Positions 1 to 10,795 of a stretch of 41,474 nucleotides of DNA are shown piece by piece. The notes below the pieces were generated by a model. The model ran no database searches. It saw nothing but the letters and a program-made list of their open reading frames with translations, and was not told where the DNA came from. The stretch is taken from positions 1 to 41,474 of the forward strand of contig JANLYU010000178.1 of the NCBI GenBank assembly GCA_031365785.1. The letters run 5' to 3'. This stretch comes from Flavisolibacter sp. (lineage in GTDB: Bacteria; Bacteroidota; Bacteroidia; Chitinophagales; Chitinophagaceae). A program made the position numbers and the translations under genes. Numbering within the stretch: the stretch's first letter is position 1; every line of letters starts with the position of its first letter.

Positions 1-572
1 CTGGCTTCTGTATCCGGAACCCGTTGTACCCTGTGCACACCACTTTCAAACTTAAGAGTGCCATATACGTCGTCGCCAACCACTTCCATCTGTACTTCCT
101 TGTATCCTCCAACTGTTCCTTCATTTTCGCTGATCAGGGCGGTTTTCCATCCTTTACGCTCGCAATATTTCATATACATCCTTACCAGGTCGCCAGCAAA
201 CAAACTCGCTTCATCTCCTCCGGTACCGGCCCTGATTTCCAGAATTGCATTTTTTTCATCCATAGGATCTTTCGGTATCAGCATCTGCCGGATCAGGCTT
301 TCCATTTTTCCTTTCTTTTCTTCTGTGGCGGGTGATTCCATTTTAGCCAGTTCACGCATCTCTTCATCGGATCCATTTAACGCTTCCCTGTAGAAATCTA
401 TGTCGGATACTATTTTTTTATATTCCCGGAAGGCCAGTACAATCTTTTCCAGGCTTCGGTATTCTTTGGAGAGCTGACCAAATTTTTTATTATCACTGAT
501 GATATCAGGATTGGCTAAAGAAACACCCAGGTCATGAAATCTAGCCTCTATGGCATCCAGTTTATCGAGCAT
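1..572 (-). CDS. prfA: Peptide chain release factor 1 (5' part; truncated by window edge)
   Basis: Absent from the ORF track. Manual minus-strand translation from ATG 572 gives MLDKLDAIEARFHDLGVSLANPDIISDNKKFGQLSKEYRSLEKIV...TLKFESGVHRVQRVPDTEA, with the RF1-specific PxT motif (PDT). Confidence 0.96.
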   Translation of the reverse strand, partial: MLDKLDAIEARFHDLGVSLANPDIISDNKKFGQLSKEYRSLEKIVLAFREYKKIVSDIDFYREALNGSDEEMRELAKMESPATEEKKGKMESLIRQMLIPKDPMDEKNAILEIRAGTGGDEASLFAGDLVRMYMKYCERKGWKTALISENEGTVGGYKEVQMEVVGDDVYGTLKFESGVHRVQRVPDTEA

Positions 573-588
573 GGTTGAAATTGGCTGG

Positions 589-596
589 CAAAATTA
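589..596 (-). promoter_or_regulatory. Bacteroidota sigma-A -7 element (TAATTTTG) for prfA
   Basis: Exact TAnnTTTG match 16 nt upstream of the prfA ATG. Confidence 0.7.
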
Positions 597-644
597 GCGA
601 TTGAAAGCCAATAAGAACAGGGGACACAGTATTTTAGATGCGCC

Positions 645-1817
645 ATGGCGTACAGGAAATTGAAAGCAGATAAAATTTTTGATGGATACCGGTTTGTTTC
701 AGATCAGGTGCTGATACTTGATGGAGAACAGGTGGTGGACCTCGTTCCTCACGACCATGCGGATACAGATGTTACTCATTATCCCGGCCTTCTCACACCA
801 GGTTTTATCAATTGTCATTGCCACCTGGAATTGAGCCATATGAAAGGTAAGATTCCGGAACATACTGGCCTCGTAGATTTCGTTTACCAGGTGGTTTCAA
901 GCAGAGATGATTCCGAAGCCACTATTTTATCTGCCATCTCAAAAGCAGAGCATGAAATGTTACAAAATGGCATAGTTGCCGTAGGAGATATTTGTAATAA
1001 CAGGAGCACAATAGAACAGAAAAGTAAACAAAGACTTCGCTATTATAATTTTATTGAAGCCAGCGGATGGCTTCCCTCCGTGGCACCAACGCGTTTGGAA
1101 AAAGCAAAACTTCTTATTGACCAGTTTACCCTGTCCCAATTACAAAATCCTGACCACATTTCTATTGTTCCCCATGCACCTTATTCAGTTTCTGAACAAC
1201 TATGGGAATTTTTGAAACCTTATTTTGAAAACAGGGTAGTAAGTATCCATAACCAGGAAACTTCTTTTGAAGATGATTTTTTTTTATCGGGAACCGGTGA
1301 TTTTCAAAGGATGTATCAATTGATGAAGATGGACAATTCCCACTTCCTGCCCACTGGGTTATCCAGCCTAAGGTCTTATTTTCACCACCTTTCCCATGCT
1401 TCTAACATTCTGCTTGTTCACAACACTTTTACCCGGCCTGGGGACGTTGATTATATTAAAGATCAAATGAAAAAAGCCGCTCATCCTCCTTCGGTTTTCT
1501 TTTGTATTTGTGCCAATGCCAATCTTTATATCGAAAACGCGCTGCCTCCGGTTGACACCCTATCTGCTGCAGCGTGCACCATGGTTTTAGGTACAGACAG
1601 CCTCGCCAGCAACTGGAGGCTTGATATTTTATCTGAAATAAGAACCATCAGAAAAAATTTTCCATCCATAGCCGTGGAAGAACTACTTCAGTGGGCTACC
1701 CTCAATGGAGCAAAAGCTTTGCAGATGGAGGATACACTGGGAAGTTTTGAAAAAGGGAAAAGACCCGGCGTGGTTTTGATGTGTGAAGAAGATTTGTCTT
1801 TTCTTCAAATGTTATGA
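645..1817 (+). CDS. Metal-dependent amidohydrolase (cytosine/adenosine deaminase-like; possibly aminodeoxyfutalosine deaminase)
   Basis: [11 protein letters not shown] (HxH), PHAPYS, IHNQE, LVHN, LGTDS and ATLNGAKAL motifs of the amidohydrolase TIM barrel. Substrate not determinable from sequence. Confidence 0.85.
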   Translation: MAYRKLKADKIFDGYRFVSDQVLILDGEQVVDLVPHDHADTDVTHYPGLLTPGFINCHCHLELSHMKGKIPEHTGLVDFVYQVVSSRDDSEATILSAISKAEHEMLQNGIVAVGDICNNRSTIEQKSKQRLRYYNFIEASGWLPSVAPTRLEKAKLLIDQFTLSQLQNPDHISIVPHAPYSVSEQLWEFLKPYFENRVVSIHNQETSFEDDFFLSGTGDFQRMYQLMKMDNSHFLPTGLSSLRSYFHHLSHASNILLVHNTFTRPGDVDYIKDQMKKAAHPPSVFFCICANANLYIENALPPVDTLSAAACTMVLGTDSLASNWRLDILSEIRTIRKNFPSIAVEELLQWATLNGAKALQMEDTLGSFEKGKRPGVVLMCEEDLSFLQML

Positions 1818-1824
1818 CCAACCC

Positions 1825-2562
1825 TCAATTCATCATTTCACGCAGCACAGGTAGTGTTCTCATTTGTCCGAAATCGGAAATGTGCAATGCGTAGTATTCT
1901 TCCAGAGCATGCAGGATTCTTCTTCGTGCCTGCTGATTCAGCAACACGGACTCCAACTCTTGCGGCTGCATGATCTTCAGGATGTGGGAAACAGAAGCTG
2001 CTTCCAGGTCCTGCAGATAGTGGGTATGTACAGGCTGATTTTCTACAAATGTTCCTTCCTGCATATCCAGGTAATGAAATGCTAGAGAAAATTCATCACT
2101 GATTCGAAAACCAAAAAAAACAGCAACATGAACAGCAAAGAATATCGCGAAATTGGCAGTTACTTTTTCATTAGCCACATCAAGGTGGTGCAGGGCATCT
2201 TCGGCGAAATAATATAAATCCGGATTGGCTTCCGGCTGTTTCAGGCATTTGCTCATCAGTTCTACCATAAAGAGAGCCACCGCATTTTTTCTAATATCGG
2301 AAAGCAGATGCTGGTACAGGTATCCCCACCTATATTCCTTTAACCGCTGCAGGTTCTTCAATTCATTGTGATAGGCTTCCAGCTCTAAAATGGCAGAAGG
2401 CTGGAACATGACGGCTTTGGTGCTTCCGTTTTTGCTGGTGGTGCGTACTCCATTTACAAGGTAAGATTGAAGACCATGCAACTCCGTGAACATGGTTACT
2501 ACCAAACTGGTTTCACCATATTTGACGGTGCGGAGAACGATTCCTTTTGTTTTACTGATCAC
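1825..2562 (-). CDS. recO: DNA repair protein RecO
   Basis: N-terminal OB fold KTKGIVLRTVKYGETSLVVTMFTELHG, 245 aa length, Bacteroidota-type C-terminus (YYALHISDFGQMRTLPVL). Confidence 0.93.
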   Translation of the reverse strand: MISKTKGIVLRTVKYGETSLVVTMFTELHGLQSYLVNGVRTTSKNGSTKAVMFQPSAILELEAYHNELKNLQRLKEYRWGYLYQHLLSDIRKNAVALFMVELMSKCLKQPEANPDLYYFAEDALHHLDVANEKVTANFAIFFAVHVAVFFGFRISDEFSLAFHYLDMQEGTFVENQPVHTHYLQDLEAASVSHILKIMQPQELESVLLNQQARRRILHALEEYYALHISDFGQMRTLPVLREMMN

Positions 2563-2660
2563 CGGTTATTTATTTGTTCATGGAGCATGAAAACAGTTAT
2601 AATTGATCCTGCATGGTCCAGGCATCAACAAGGCAATTCAGGAGATCATGAGGTAATTGA

Positions 2661-4949
2661 TCAGTTGATCAACACAATTTTGGCCACCACCTTTTCCTGT
2701 TTCGTTTCATCCGTTGCCATCACTAAATAAACTCCTGAGGCTGCCTGGTGTCCTTTGTAGTCTTTCCCATTCCAGGTGGCCTGGCTGCCTAGAGAAACAG
2801 TTTGATATACTAATCTTCCATTGGTTTCTGTGATTCTTACCCTGCTGTTTTCGGGCAAACCTCTTATGCCAATGGTCCCATTGAATGCCGGTGGAACCGG
2901 GTTAGGATATACCATTACCTGATTTTTTGTTTCACCAGCTTCTGTAGCAGAACCCCTGAAAGAAATGAGACCTTTTACTGTGGCAAAAAAAACTTCTCCT
3001 GTAGCACCATCAATGGCAATAGTCCTGATGTCATTGCTAAGCAACGGACTATTATCCTCAGTGAAGTGCGACAGCACCTGGTCGCCATCAGCAGACACTA
3101 GCCATGCCCCGCTGGAAGTAGCCATCCATTTTCTGTTGGCTCCATCAACAGCGATACTACGCACTTCCTGACCTTTGAATAAGTAATTGGCAAAATTGCC
3201 TTCGTTAATAATGGGCCATATGGCTTCACAACCATTGCTAAAAGTTTCCTGGGCACATTGAACCACACCCACTCCATCTGAGGTTCCCACCCATATATAA
3301 CCACTTTTATCTTTAGCAATGGAGAGGACTTCACTGGAGGGTAAATTTCCCTGGCCCTTGCCAGCCCTTAAAAGTTTCCAGGTGTCATCATTTGGGTTAT
3401 CAATGGTATGATGATCATCAAAAAACACCAGTCCATTGCCTTTGGGGGAAACGATCCATTTTTTTCCTGTATCATCAATCACGATCTGTGAGAGGGCATT
3501 CAAATTCAGTAGAAAAGGTGAACTGAATGAATGCCACGTTCCATTACTTTTCAATACATGCAAGGGTTGGCTGGAGCCAAAATTGGATAACCACAGATTA
3601 TTTTCCTGATCGAATGCCAGTCCGGAAACCCTGTAACTGCCAGGATCGCCAATAGTGGCGCCAATTGGCGACTGTTGCTTGAAGATTTCTAACTGGTTAT
3701 TTTTCATGAGGTGAAGGAGGCTTCCGCCATAGGAACCTGCCCAGGCAGATGCATCCCTGGGATCAATGGCTACAGTAATGAAATCCAGCAGGGAATCCAG
3801 CTGCGCATGATTAGCCTGATTGTAATTGATCCATGCTCCATCGGAAAATCTGAAAATTCCATCTCGGTTATACTGGTATGTCCAGGCATCACTGACACTT
3901 CCTGCTGTTGCATACAGCACGTGGTTGGCAATACTAATACCACCAAGTACTATTCCTCCCGGAGCATTCAAAGTAAACTTTTCAAAGTTATTGCCTGTCC
4001 AATGAGAAAGTCCGCCATAAAGGTCAGCTACCCAAAAAGTGTTATTGACACTTATGGCATTTTTTGGAAAGGAAATAACACCGGGCTGTTTCAGCGTTGT
4101 CATTATTGATCCATCTGGATTCAGTACCACCACTTTGCTATCTCCATTAGTTTGCCTCTGGCAAATCAATAACTTATTTTCAGAAACACTAGCAGAAATT
4201 ACCGGCCATCCATTAGCAAAAAACAAACTCCATGAATTTCCATTATCCTGAAAAAGAGAATCATTTTGAAGTACAAATGTTTTGGATGATAACACCATTA
4301 CGCCTTTTGCCGGCGCGGCGGGTAGTCCATTGTTTCCCGATAAATTTAGCCAGTTGTGATAATCAGCCGCATTAGCATTGACGGACGTTTTTTTAAGGCC
4401 TTCTTCAGTAGCCGCGTAAAAAAAACCATTGTTTTTGGAGAACCCATAGCATTTTACATAATTACCGGCTTTCCCGATCAACCAGGTTTCCTTTACTTCG
4501 TATTTTAATGCATCCAGTACGATGATCCCAAGTCCTGTGGATAAGTAACAGCGGCTGTTATCAGGATCAATATGATAGATGTTTTTATCACCGGAAATAG
4601 TTTCCCTTTTCAGATCAGCCAGGTGGTGGATCCCTTTTTCATCGATTACATCGATATTACTATTGGAATAAGCAATGAATAATTTATGGGATAACAAGTC
4701 GAACCTGGTGGCAGCAATTCCGGTTTCACTCAAACCGGAAACTTTACTGATACGTTCTGTTTCATAACTGTTCCTGTCAACACTCAACAGGCTATAAGGG
4801 GAAGCGGCATAAATTTTTTTGTCTGATGCGGTCACATCTAAAGTGCTCCCATAAGGTAAATGTTCTCTCCACATACCGATAGCAGGAAAGGTGTTTTGAG
4901 CAAAGGAAACCATATTGGTTAGCAGCAAAAACAGGATGCAGATTCTCAC
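2661..4949 (-). CDS. porZ: Type IX secretion system PorZ-like protein (beta-propellers plus C-terminal sorting domain)
   Basis: Signal peptide, IGMWREHLPY N-terminus, repeated propeller blades (IAVDGANRKW, FTEDNSPLLSN), T9SS CTD VYPNPV...WNGKD...SGVYLV...KIVLIN. Lies upstream of recO. GTG start. Confidence 0.88.
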   Translation of the reverse strand: MRICILFLLLTNMVSFAQNTFPAIGMWREHLPYGSTLDVTASDKKIYAASPYSLLSVDRNSYETERISKVSGLSETGIAATRFDLLSHKLFIAYSNSNIDVIDEKGIHHLADLKRETISGDKNIYHIDPDNSRCYLSTGLGIIVLDALKYEVKETWLIGKAGNYVKCYGFSKNNGFFYAATEEGLKKTSVNANAADYHNWLNLSGNNGLPAAPAKGVMVLSSKTFVLQNDSLFQDNGNSWSLFFANGWPVISASVSENKLLICQRQTNGDSKVVVLNPDGSIMTTLKQPGVISFPKNAISVNNTFWVADLYGGLSHWTGNNFEKFTLNAPGGIVLGGISIANHVLYATAGSVSDAWTYQYNRDGIFRFSDGAWINYNQANHAQLDSLLDFITVAIDPRDASAWAGSYGGSLLHLMKNNQLEIFKQQSPIGATIGDPGSYRVSGLAFDQENNLWLSNFGSSQPLHVLKSNGTWHSFSSPFLLNLNALSQIVIDDTGKKWIVSPKGNGLVFFDDHHTIDNPNDDTWKLLRAGKGQGNLPSSEVLSIAKDKSGYIWVGTSDGVGVVQCAQETFSNGCEAIWPIINEGNFANYLFKGQEVRSIAVDGANRKWMATSSGAWLVSADGDQVLSHFTEDNSPLLSNDIRTIAIDGATGEVFFATVKGLISFRGSATEAGETKNQVMVYPNPVPPAFNGTIGIRGLPENSRVRITETNGRLVYQTVSLGSQATWNGKDYKGHQAASGVYLVMATDETKQEKVVAKIVLIN

Positions 4950-4953
4950 TTTT

Positions 4954-4961
4954 CAAAGCTA
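4954..4961 (-). promoter_or_regulatory. -7 element (TAGCTTTG) for porZ-recO
   Basis: Exact TAnnTTTG, only 4 nt before the GTG start at 4949. Confidence 0.7.
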
Positions 4962-5149
4962 AGAGATATGCAGGTAAGTTGGGGGTTGTGATAGTATATA
5001 AGTTGGTTAATAAGTGATCCTTAGGGAATAAATAATCATGTCCTAATTGTCAACCATCAGGATTCATCGCCAGCTGCAGCCTGAATAGATCACTTCTTTC
5101 TTTTTGTCTCTTTTGGCCGCTTAGCTTTTCTTTGCGCAAATTCGATGCT

Positions 5150-7465
5150 ATGTGGGGATCACTTGCCCGTATAATTTTACGATTTGGTTATTTGTGGCTG
5201 GTTGTTCTTCTGGCACTGACGGCCTATTTAGGCTGGGAAGCCAGTCAGGTTAAATTGAGCTATGAATTCTCCAGGGCCATTCCAACTGACAATCCCAAAT
5301 ACCGGATCTACCAGGAATTCAGAAGGAAATTCGGTGAAGATGGAAATCTTCTGGTGGTAGGTATTCAAACCAACGATATTTTTCAACAGGAAGTATTCCG
5401 GGATTATGTGGATTTGGCCCGTGCATTGAAAAAGTCAAAAGGTGTTACGGATGTGGTTTCAGTTCCTTCAGCTATCAATCTTTTGCGCGTGGAAGCCACT
5501 GAAAAACTTCAGGCGATTCCCATTTTCCCTGAGGCTATAGCAACACAGGAACAACTTGACAGCTGTAAAAGGGTATTTCTCAGCCTTCCTTTTTACAGGG
5601 GCCTGCTCTACAACGAATCTACCGGTGCCTGGCTGATGGGAGTAAAGATCAATGGAGAAATATTGAATTCACCACAACGTACAGGGGTGGTGAATGCAAT
5701 CGTCCAGCTCACGGAAAACTTTGGCAATAAACATCACCTGGAGGTTCACCTAAGCGGGCTTCCTTTGATCCGAACCAAACTGGCCGACCGGATTCAAAAA
5801 GAAATGAGATGGTTCCTTATTGGTTCCGTGTTATTGTCCGCGCTGATCCTCCTATTATTCTTCCGTTCTCTGGGAGCTACCCTCCTTTCACTGGCGGTGG
5901 TGATCATTGGAGTGATCTGGAGTATGGGCATACTTCATTTACTGGGATACAAGATCACACTCCTGACAGCGCTGATTCCACCCCTGATTGTTGTCATTGG
6001 AATTCCGAATTGTATATATTTTCTCAATAAATACCACACTACTTACCGGGAGGAAAAAAATAAGGAGGAAGCATTGGTGAAAATGATCACTAAAATGGGT
6101 GTGGTCACGTTATTCTGTAATATCGCTGCTGCTATTGGTTTTGCGGTTTTTGCTCTCACCAAGAGTGCAATCCTCCAGGAATTCGGCATGGTGGCCGGTA
6201 TCAGCATCATGTTGCTTTTTGTAATTTCTCTCCTCCTGATTCCCTTCGTATTGAAAGTTTTACCCGTACCAAAAGACAGGCATATTCAATACCTGGATAA
6301 TGCGCGACTTCAAAGATGGCTGGACAGACTTGAATTTTGGTCACTCAACCATCGGAGGCTTATTTTTATCATTACTTCTATCATTTTATTGGCGTCTGTA
6401 GCGGGCATATTCCGTTTGAAAAGCGTGGGTTATATAGTGGATGATCTTCCGAAAACAGATAAGATCTATACCGACCTGAAATTTTTCGAACAACATTTCA
6501 GGGGGGTGATGCCACTGGAGATCGTAGTGGATACGAAAAAAAAATATGGTGTTACCCGCAACCTGGTGAACCTAATGAAGATCGATTCGCTGTCTCAATA
6601 CCTGGCTTCCAAGGATTATATAGGCAAACCGCTTACGATCACGGAAGGGTTAAAGTTCGCGAAACAGGGTTTTTTTGAAGGTGACAGTGCTTATTTTATC
6701 ATGCCGGGAGAAAATGATCTTATCGCGATGAAGCCTTACCTGGCTGGTAATGGCGATACCAGTGCCGCTACCAATTCGTTTACCAAGCTGGTATCATCTT
6801 TTATGGATAGCAATAAGCAGGAAGCCCGGATCAGTGCCAATATGAAAGATGTGGGAAGCGTAAGACTGCCACTTATTTTAGATAGCGTGAAACAACGGGC
6901 TGCTGAATTATTCGACAGTGCAAAATATTCCGTTCAACTTACGGGAACCAGCGTCACTTTTTTGGAAGGCACACGGTTTATCATAAATGGCTTGAAGGAA
7001 AGTATACTGTGGGCTTTCCTGCTCATTACACTCTGCATGCTTTACCTGTTTAAATCCTGGCGTATTTTATTGTGTTCCCTATTGCCTAATATCATCCCTC
7101 TGATCATTACAGGAGGTGTAATGGGGTGGGTAGGCGTTCCTTTGAAACCCTCCACCGTTCTGGTTTTCAGTGTGGCTCTTGGTATTGCCATAGATATTAC
7201 CATCAGGTTCCTGGTCAATTTTAAACAACAGTCGAATCCGGATGTGGACCCCCAAAAAACTGTAATTGAAACCATTCATTCCACCGGACTCAGCATCATT
7301 TATACATCCATTGTTCTGATCGCTGGTTTCGTGATATTTTGTTTTAGTGGATTTGGGGGAACGAAAGCTTTAGGATGGCTGACCTCCTTAACTCTTATTA
7401 CGGCCACAGCAGCCAACCTGGTGTTACTTCCAGCGCTTCTTCTTACATTTTATCGAAGAAAATGA
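5150..7465 (+). CDS. MMPL/RND-family permease (lipid-exporter type)
   Basis: Two repeats of one TM, a large periplasmic loop and five TMs; VIGIPNCIYFLNKY and ALGIAIDITIRFL motifs. ATG 5150 preferred over the track's TTG 5132, which overlaps a promoter-like TTTCTTTG. Confidence 0.85.
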   Translation: MWGSLARIILRFGYLWLVVLLALTAYLGWEASQVKLSYEFSRAIPTDNPKYRIYQEFRRKFGEDGNLLVVGIQTNDIFQQEVFRDYVDLARALKKSKGVTDVVSVPSAINLLRVEATEKLQAIPIFPEAIATQEQLDSCKRVFLSLPFYRGLLYNESTGAWLMGVKINGEILNSPQRTGVVNAIVQLTENFGNKHHLEVHLSGLPLIRTKLADRIQKEMRWFLIGSVLLSALILLLFFRSLGATLLSLAVVIIGVIWSMGILHLLGYKITLLTALIPPLIVVIGIPNCIYFLNKYHTTYREEKNKEEALVKMITKMGVVTLFCNIAAAIGFAVFALTKSAILQEFGMVAGISIMLLFVISLLLIPFVLKVLPVPKDRHIQYLDNARLQRWLDRLEFWSLNHRRLIFIITSIILLASVAGIFRLKSVGYIVDDLPKTDKIYTDLKFFEQHFRGVMPLEIVVDTKKKYGVTRNLVNLMKIDSLSQYLASKDYIGKPLTITEGLKFAKQGFFEGDSAYFIMPGENDLIAMKPYLAGNGDTSAATNSFTKLVSSFMDSNKQEARISANMKDVGSVRLPLILDSVKQRAAELFDSAKYSVQLTGTSVTFLEGTRFIINGLKESILWAFLLITLCMLYLFKSWRILLCSLLPNIIPLIITGGVMGWVGVPLKPSTVLVFSVALGIAIDITIRFLVNFKQQSNPDVDPQKTVIETIHSTGLSIIYTSIVLIAGFVIFCFSGFGGTKALGWLTSLTLITATAANLVLLPALLLTFYRRK

Positions 7466-7655
7466 GCGGCGGAATGATCACATTTTATCATTTAATTTTT
7501 GAATCCGGGGAGAATTGAATAGAGGGATCCGACTATTTTGTGCAGCTTTTGAGAAGTAGAGTTTGTCTGTCTTCAGCATGGTTCATCAGATGGATGAACA
7601 CCCATTCCTAAAAATCAAATTACCATATCAAACAAATTTTATAAACCATATGCAC

Positions 7656-10600
7656 ATGAGAAAATTTTTATTCCTTATTTCCATGCTGGTGCTAACCACC
7701 CTACAGTTGTGGGCGCAGCGTACCGTAACTGGAAGGGTTACAGATGAGCGCAACAACCCACTTCCCAATGTTTCCGTGTTAGTTAAAGGAACTAATACCG
7801 GCACTATCTCCAAAGAAGACGGTGCTTTTTCCCTGGTAGTTCCTCCCAATGGAAAGACGCTTGTTTTTTCCTTTACTGACATGGCTTCCAAAGAAGTGAC
7901 TATTGGGAAAGAGACTGAATTCAATGTGGCTCTTACTGCAGCACAGAAAGACTTACAGGAAGTGGTAGTAACCGCCTTTGGAATCAGGCGCGATAAAAAA
8001 GCGCTAGGATATGACGTCAGCCAGTTGAGTACACAGCAATTGACACAGGCACATACCACCAATATTACCAACGCCCTTTCTGGAAAAATTGCAGGTGTTC
8101 GGGTAAGTGGTAGCGGTGGATCTTTTGCAGGTTCCAGCATCATCATTCGCGGTTACAATACTTTTACGGGTTCTAACCAGCCGTTAATTGTAATTGATGG
8201 TATTCCTATTGATAACAGCGGGGGTGGCAATTCCTTACAGGTCGGACCTACCAACTCCAACAGAGCCATTGATATCAACCAGGAAGACATTGAAACCATC
8301 AGCGTGTTGAAAGGTCCTTCCGCAGCCGCCCTTTATGGCTCAAGAGCTGCCAATGGGGTGATCCTGATTACCAGTAAAAAAGGGAGAGCAGGACAGAAAA
8401 ATAATGTCCAGTTTTCTTCCAGCTACCAGATAGAGCAGGTAAATCGTTACCCGGATTACCAGAATACTTATGCGCAGGGTCTTGGAGGCAATTATATTTA
8501 TAACACCAGTAGTTCATGGGGTCCAGAAATTAAAGGTCAGACAGTAAATGCTTACAATCCATTAACAGACCTGGCCGACAGACCTGAGGTACTGCAGGCA
8601 TATCCCAATAATGTGCGCGACATTTTCCAGAATGGGTCCAACTGGCAGAACAATATCAGCTTCAGTGGCGGTTCAGAAAAAAATACGTTCCGTCTTTCAT
8701 ATGGATACCTGCGTAATGAAGGCATTTTACACAACAACCTGCTCAACAGGCATAACATTACTTTTAATACTTCTTCCCGGGTCAGCAACCGGCTGACAGC
8801 TTCCCTATCCGGTACCTACACCAACAACTTTTCCAAAAGAACACAGCAGGGTAATCAGTTGAGCAATCCTTTATTCAGGGGATGGTTCACTCCAAGGAGT
8901 TACAACCTAACAGGCCTTAGTTATGAAGATGCTCTTGGTAACCAGCGCTATCCTATGGGTGAGGACAACCCTTACTGGACCATTAAGAACAACCGGTTTA
9001 ATGATGAAATCAACCGTCTATTCGGAAGTATCGGTTTCAATTTAAAACTCACTTCGTGGTTGCAGGCTGACTATAAACTGGGAACCGACCAATTTTCCAC
9101 TTTCCGTCATGGCTATGACCAGATTGGAGCCAGGGGACAAGCCAATACCAATGCAGGCGGAGCCGGAGCTGTTTCTGAAACGAGAAACCAGTTCCGCAGT
9201 TTCAATTCCAATTTCTACTTCACCGCCAATAAAAGTTTTGGCAACTTCAACATGGTAGCTATTGCCGGTAATGAGGTCAGCCAAAGTTTCAACCGCACCG
9301 CTACCTCCACCGGGCGCGGCCTGATCATCAGGAATTTTGACCAGATCAATAACACTACTACCATAGCTACTCCTTCTGTTGGATCTACTAAATTCAGATT
9401 GGTGGGTGTATATGGTGACCTGACCCTCGGATATAAAAGTATTGCCTCCGTGGATGCAACAGTCAGAAGTGATTATTCATCTACTTTTAAATTGGATCGC
9501 AATAATTATGTATATCCTTCAGTTTCAGTGGCCCTTAACGTTACTGAATTAATACCTACCTTAAAAAACAGCGTGATAGAGAATATTAAGTTCCGTGCTA
9601 ATGCGGCCAGGGTTGGAAAGGCAGGAACAGATTTCATTTATTCAACTGATTCTTACTTTACAGGTGCTTCCTCTGCAGATGGATTCGGTCCACAAATACT
9701 GTATCCATTTAACGGACTCCAGGCATTTACGCTTAGTAACAGCTCCGGCAATGCTTTGTTAGGTCCGGAATTTACCAATAACAAAGAGATCGGAACTGAA
9801 CTTGCCTTTTTCAAAAATAGAGTGAGCATCGAAGCCACCATATATCACCAGAAATCCACTGACCTCATCTTTGCTGTTCCTGTCTCCGCAGGTTCCGGCA
9901 TCACAGGGGTGATACAGAATGCAGGTGACCTTTCTACCAAAGGCGTAGAACTTGGACTCAATGTTACCCCGGTGAAATCGAAACTGATCACCTGGGATAT
10001 CAATGCCAACTTTACCAAATTCAAATCCAAGGTTGACCGGTTAGCAGTTGGAGTTCAGAATATCTTCCTGGGAGGTTTTGTCACCCCCAATATCAGGCTG
10101 GTTCAAGGTGATGAATTTGGTCAGATCTACGGTAATGCTTATCAGCGCGACCCCAAATCAGGAAAAATTATTGTAGGCGCCAACGGGCTTCCATTGATTA
10201 CCAGTGGGGTACAGAAAATAGGCAATCCCAATCCCAAATACCTGATTGGTGTTACTAATACGGTGAGCATTAAAGGTTTTGCTCTTTCTTTCTTGATCGA
10301 TTATAAAAAAGGAGGGGATATCTATAGCCGGAATATTGCAGACCTTCAAAGAAATGGCGTGGCGAAAGAAACGGCAGAATTTCCAAGGTTTGATGCTGCA
10401 GGGCAACCTACCACACCTTATCTTTTTGATGCGGTATATACCAACGGTCAACCCAATACCACTAAAGTTACAGCTGAGCAATATTTTGGCAACAGTGGTA
10501 AATATGCTGCTGCCGAAGGGTTTATTTATGAAACCACCTGGTTCCGGCTTCGGGAAGCTTCGCTTGGATATGATCTACCGGCCTCAGTGACCAAAAGAAC

Positions 10601-10778
10601 ACCATTTGGAAACGCGCAGTTCAGTGTTTTCGGCAGAAATCTTTACCTGAGGGCGCCTCATTACCCACACCTGGATCCGGAACAGAATGTATTGGGTGTG
10701 AATAATGCCCAGGGCCTTGAATTTAATTCATTACCTCAAGTGAGGTCCATGGGTGTTTCTCTAAAATTGGCATTTTAA
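7656..10778 (+). CDS. susC: SusC/RagA-family TonB-dependent outer-membrane transporter (copy 1)
   Basis: Signal peptide MRKFLFL, N-terminal extension domain, TonB box LQEVVVTA, plug motif DIETISVLKGPSAAALYGSRAANGVILITSKKG, C-terminal Phe. Start at 7650 or 7656 rather than 7563. Symbol is family-level only. Confidence 0.95.
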   Translation: MRKFLFLISMLVLTTLQLWAQRTVTGRVTDERNNPLPNVSVLVKGTNTGTISKEDGAFSLVVPPNGKTLVFSFTDMASKEVTIGKETEFNVALTAAQKDLQEVVVTAFGIRRDKKALGYDVSQLSTQQLTQAHTTNITNALSGKIAGVRVSGSGGSFAGSSIIIRGYNTFTGSNQPLIVIDGIPIDNSGGGNSLQVGPTNSNRAIDINQEDIETISVLKGPSAAALYGSRAANGVILITSKKGRAGQKNNVQFSSSYQIEQVNRYPDYQNTYAQGLGGNYIYNTSSSWGPEIKGQTVNAYNPLTDLADRPEVLQAYPNNVRDIFQNGSNWQNNISFSGGSEKNTFRLSYGYLRNEGILHNNLLNRHNITFNTSSRVSNRLTASLSGTYTNNFSKRTQQGNQLSNPLFRGWFTPRSYNLTGLSYEDALGNQRYPMGEDNPYWTIKNNRFNDEINRLFGSIGFNLKLTSWLQADYKLGTDQFSTFRHGYDQIGARGQANTNAGGAGAVSETRNQFRSFNSNFYFTANKSFGNFNMVAIAGNEVSQSFNRTATSTGRGLIIRNFDQINNTTTIATPSVGSTKFRLVGVYGDLTLGYKSIASVDATVRSDYSSTFKLDRNNYVYPSVSVALNVTELIPTLKNSVIENIKFRANAARVGKAGTDFIYSTDSYFTGASSADGFGPQILYPFNGLQAFTLSNSSGNALLGPEFTNNKEIGTELAFFKNRVSIEATIYHQKSTDLIFAVPVSAGSGITGVIQNAGDLSTKGVELGLNVTPVKSKLITWDINANFTKFKSKVDRLAVGVQNIFLGGFVTPNIRLVQGDEFGQIYGNAYQRDPKSGKIIVGANGLPLITSGVQKIGNPNPKYLIGVTNTVSIKGFALSFLIDYKKGGDIYSRNIADLQRNGVAKETAEFPRFDAAGQPTTPYLFDAVYTNGQPNTTKVTAEQYFGNSGKYAAAEGFIYETTWFRLREASLGYDLPASVTKRTPFGNAQFSVFGRNLYLRAPHYPHLDPEQNVLGVNNAQGLEFNSLPQVRSMGVSLKLAF

Positions 10779-10795
10779 CCTATAAAATAACATAC

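Noticed and set aside
24-393. Plus-strand ORFs 24..335 and 58..393
   Set aside because: Antisense shadows of prfA, which occupies 1-572 on the minus strand.
7563-7649. N-terminal extension of susC1 given by the ORF track
   Set aside because: The signal peptide starts at MRKFLF (7656) after an A-rich initiation region; the upstream sequence behaves as a 5' UTR.
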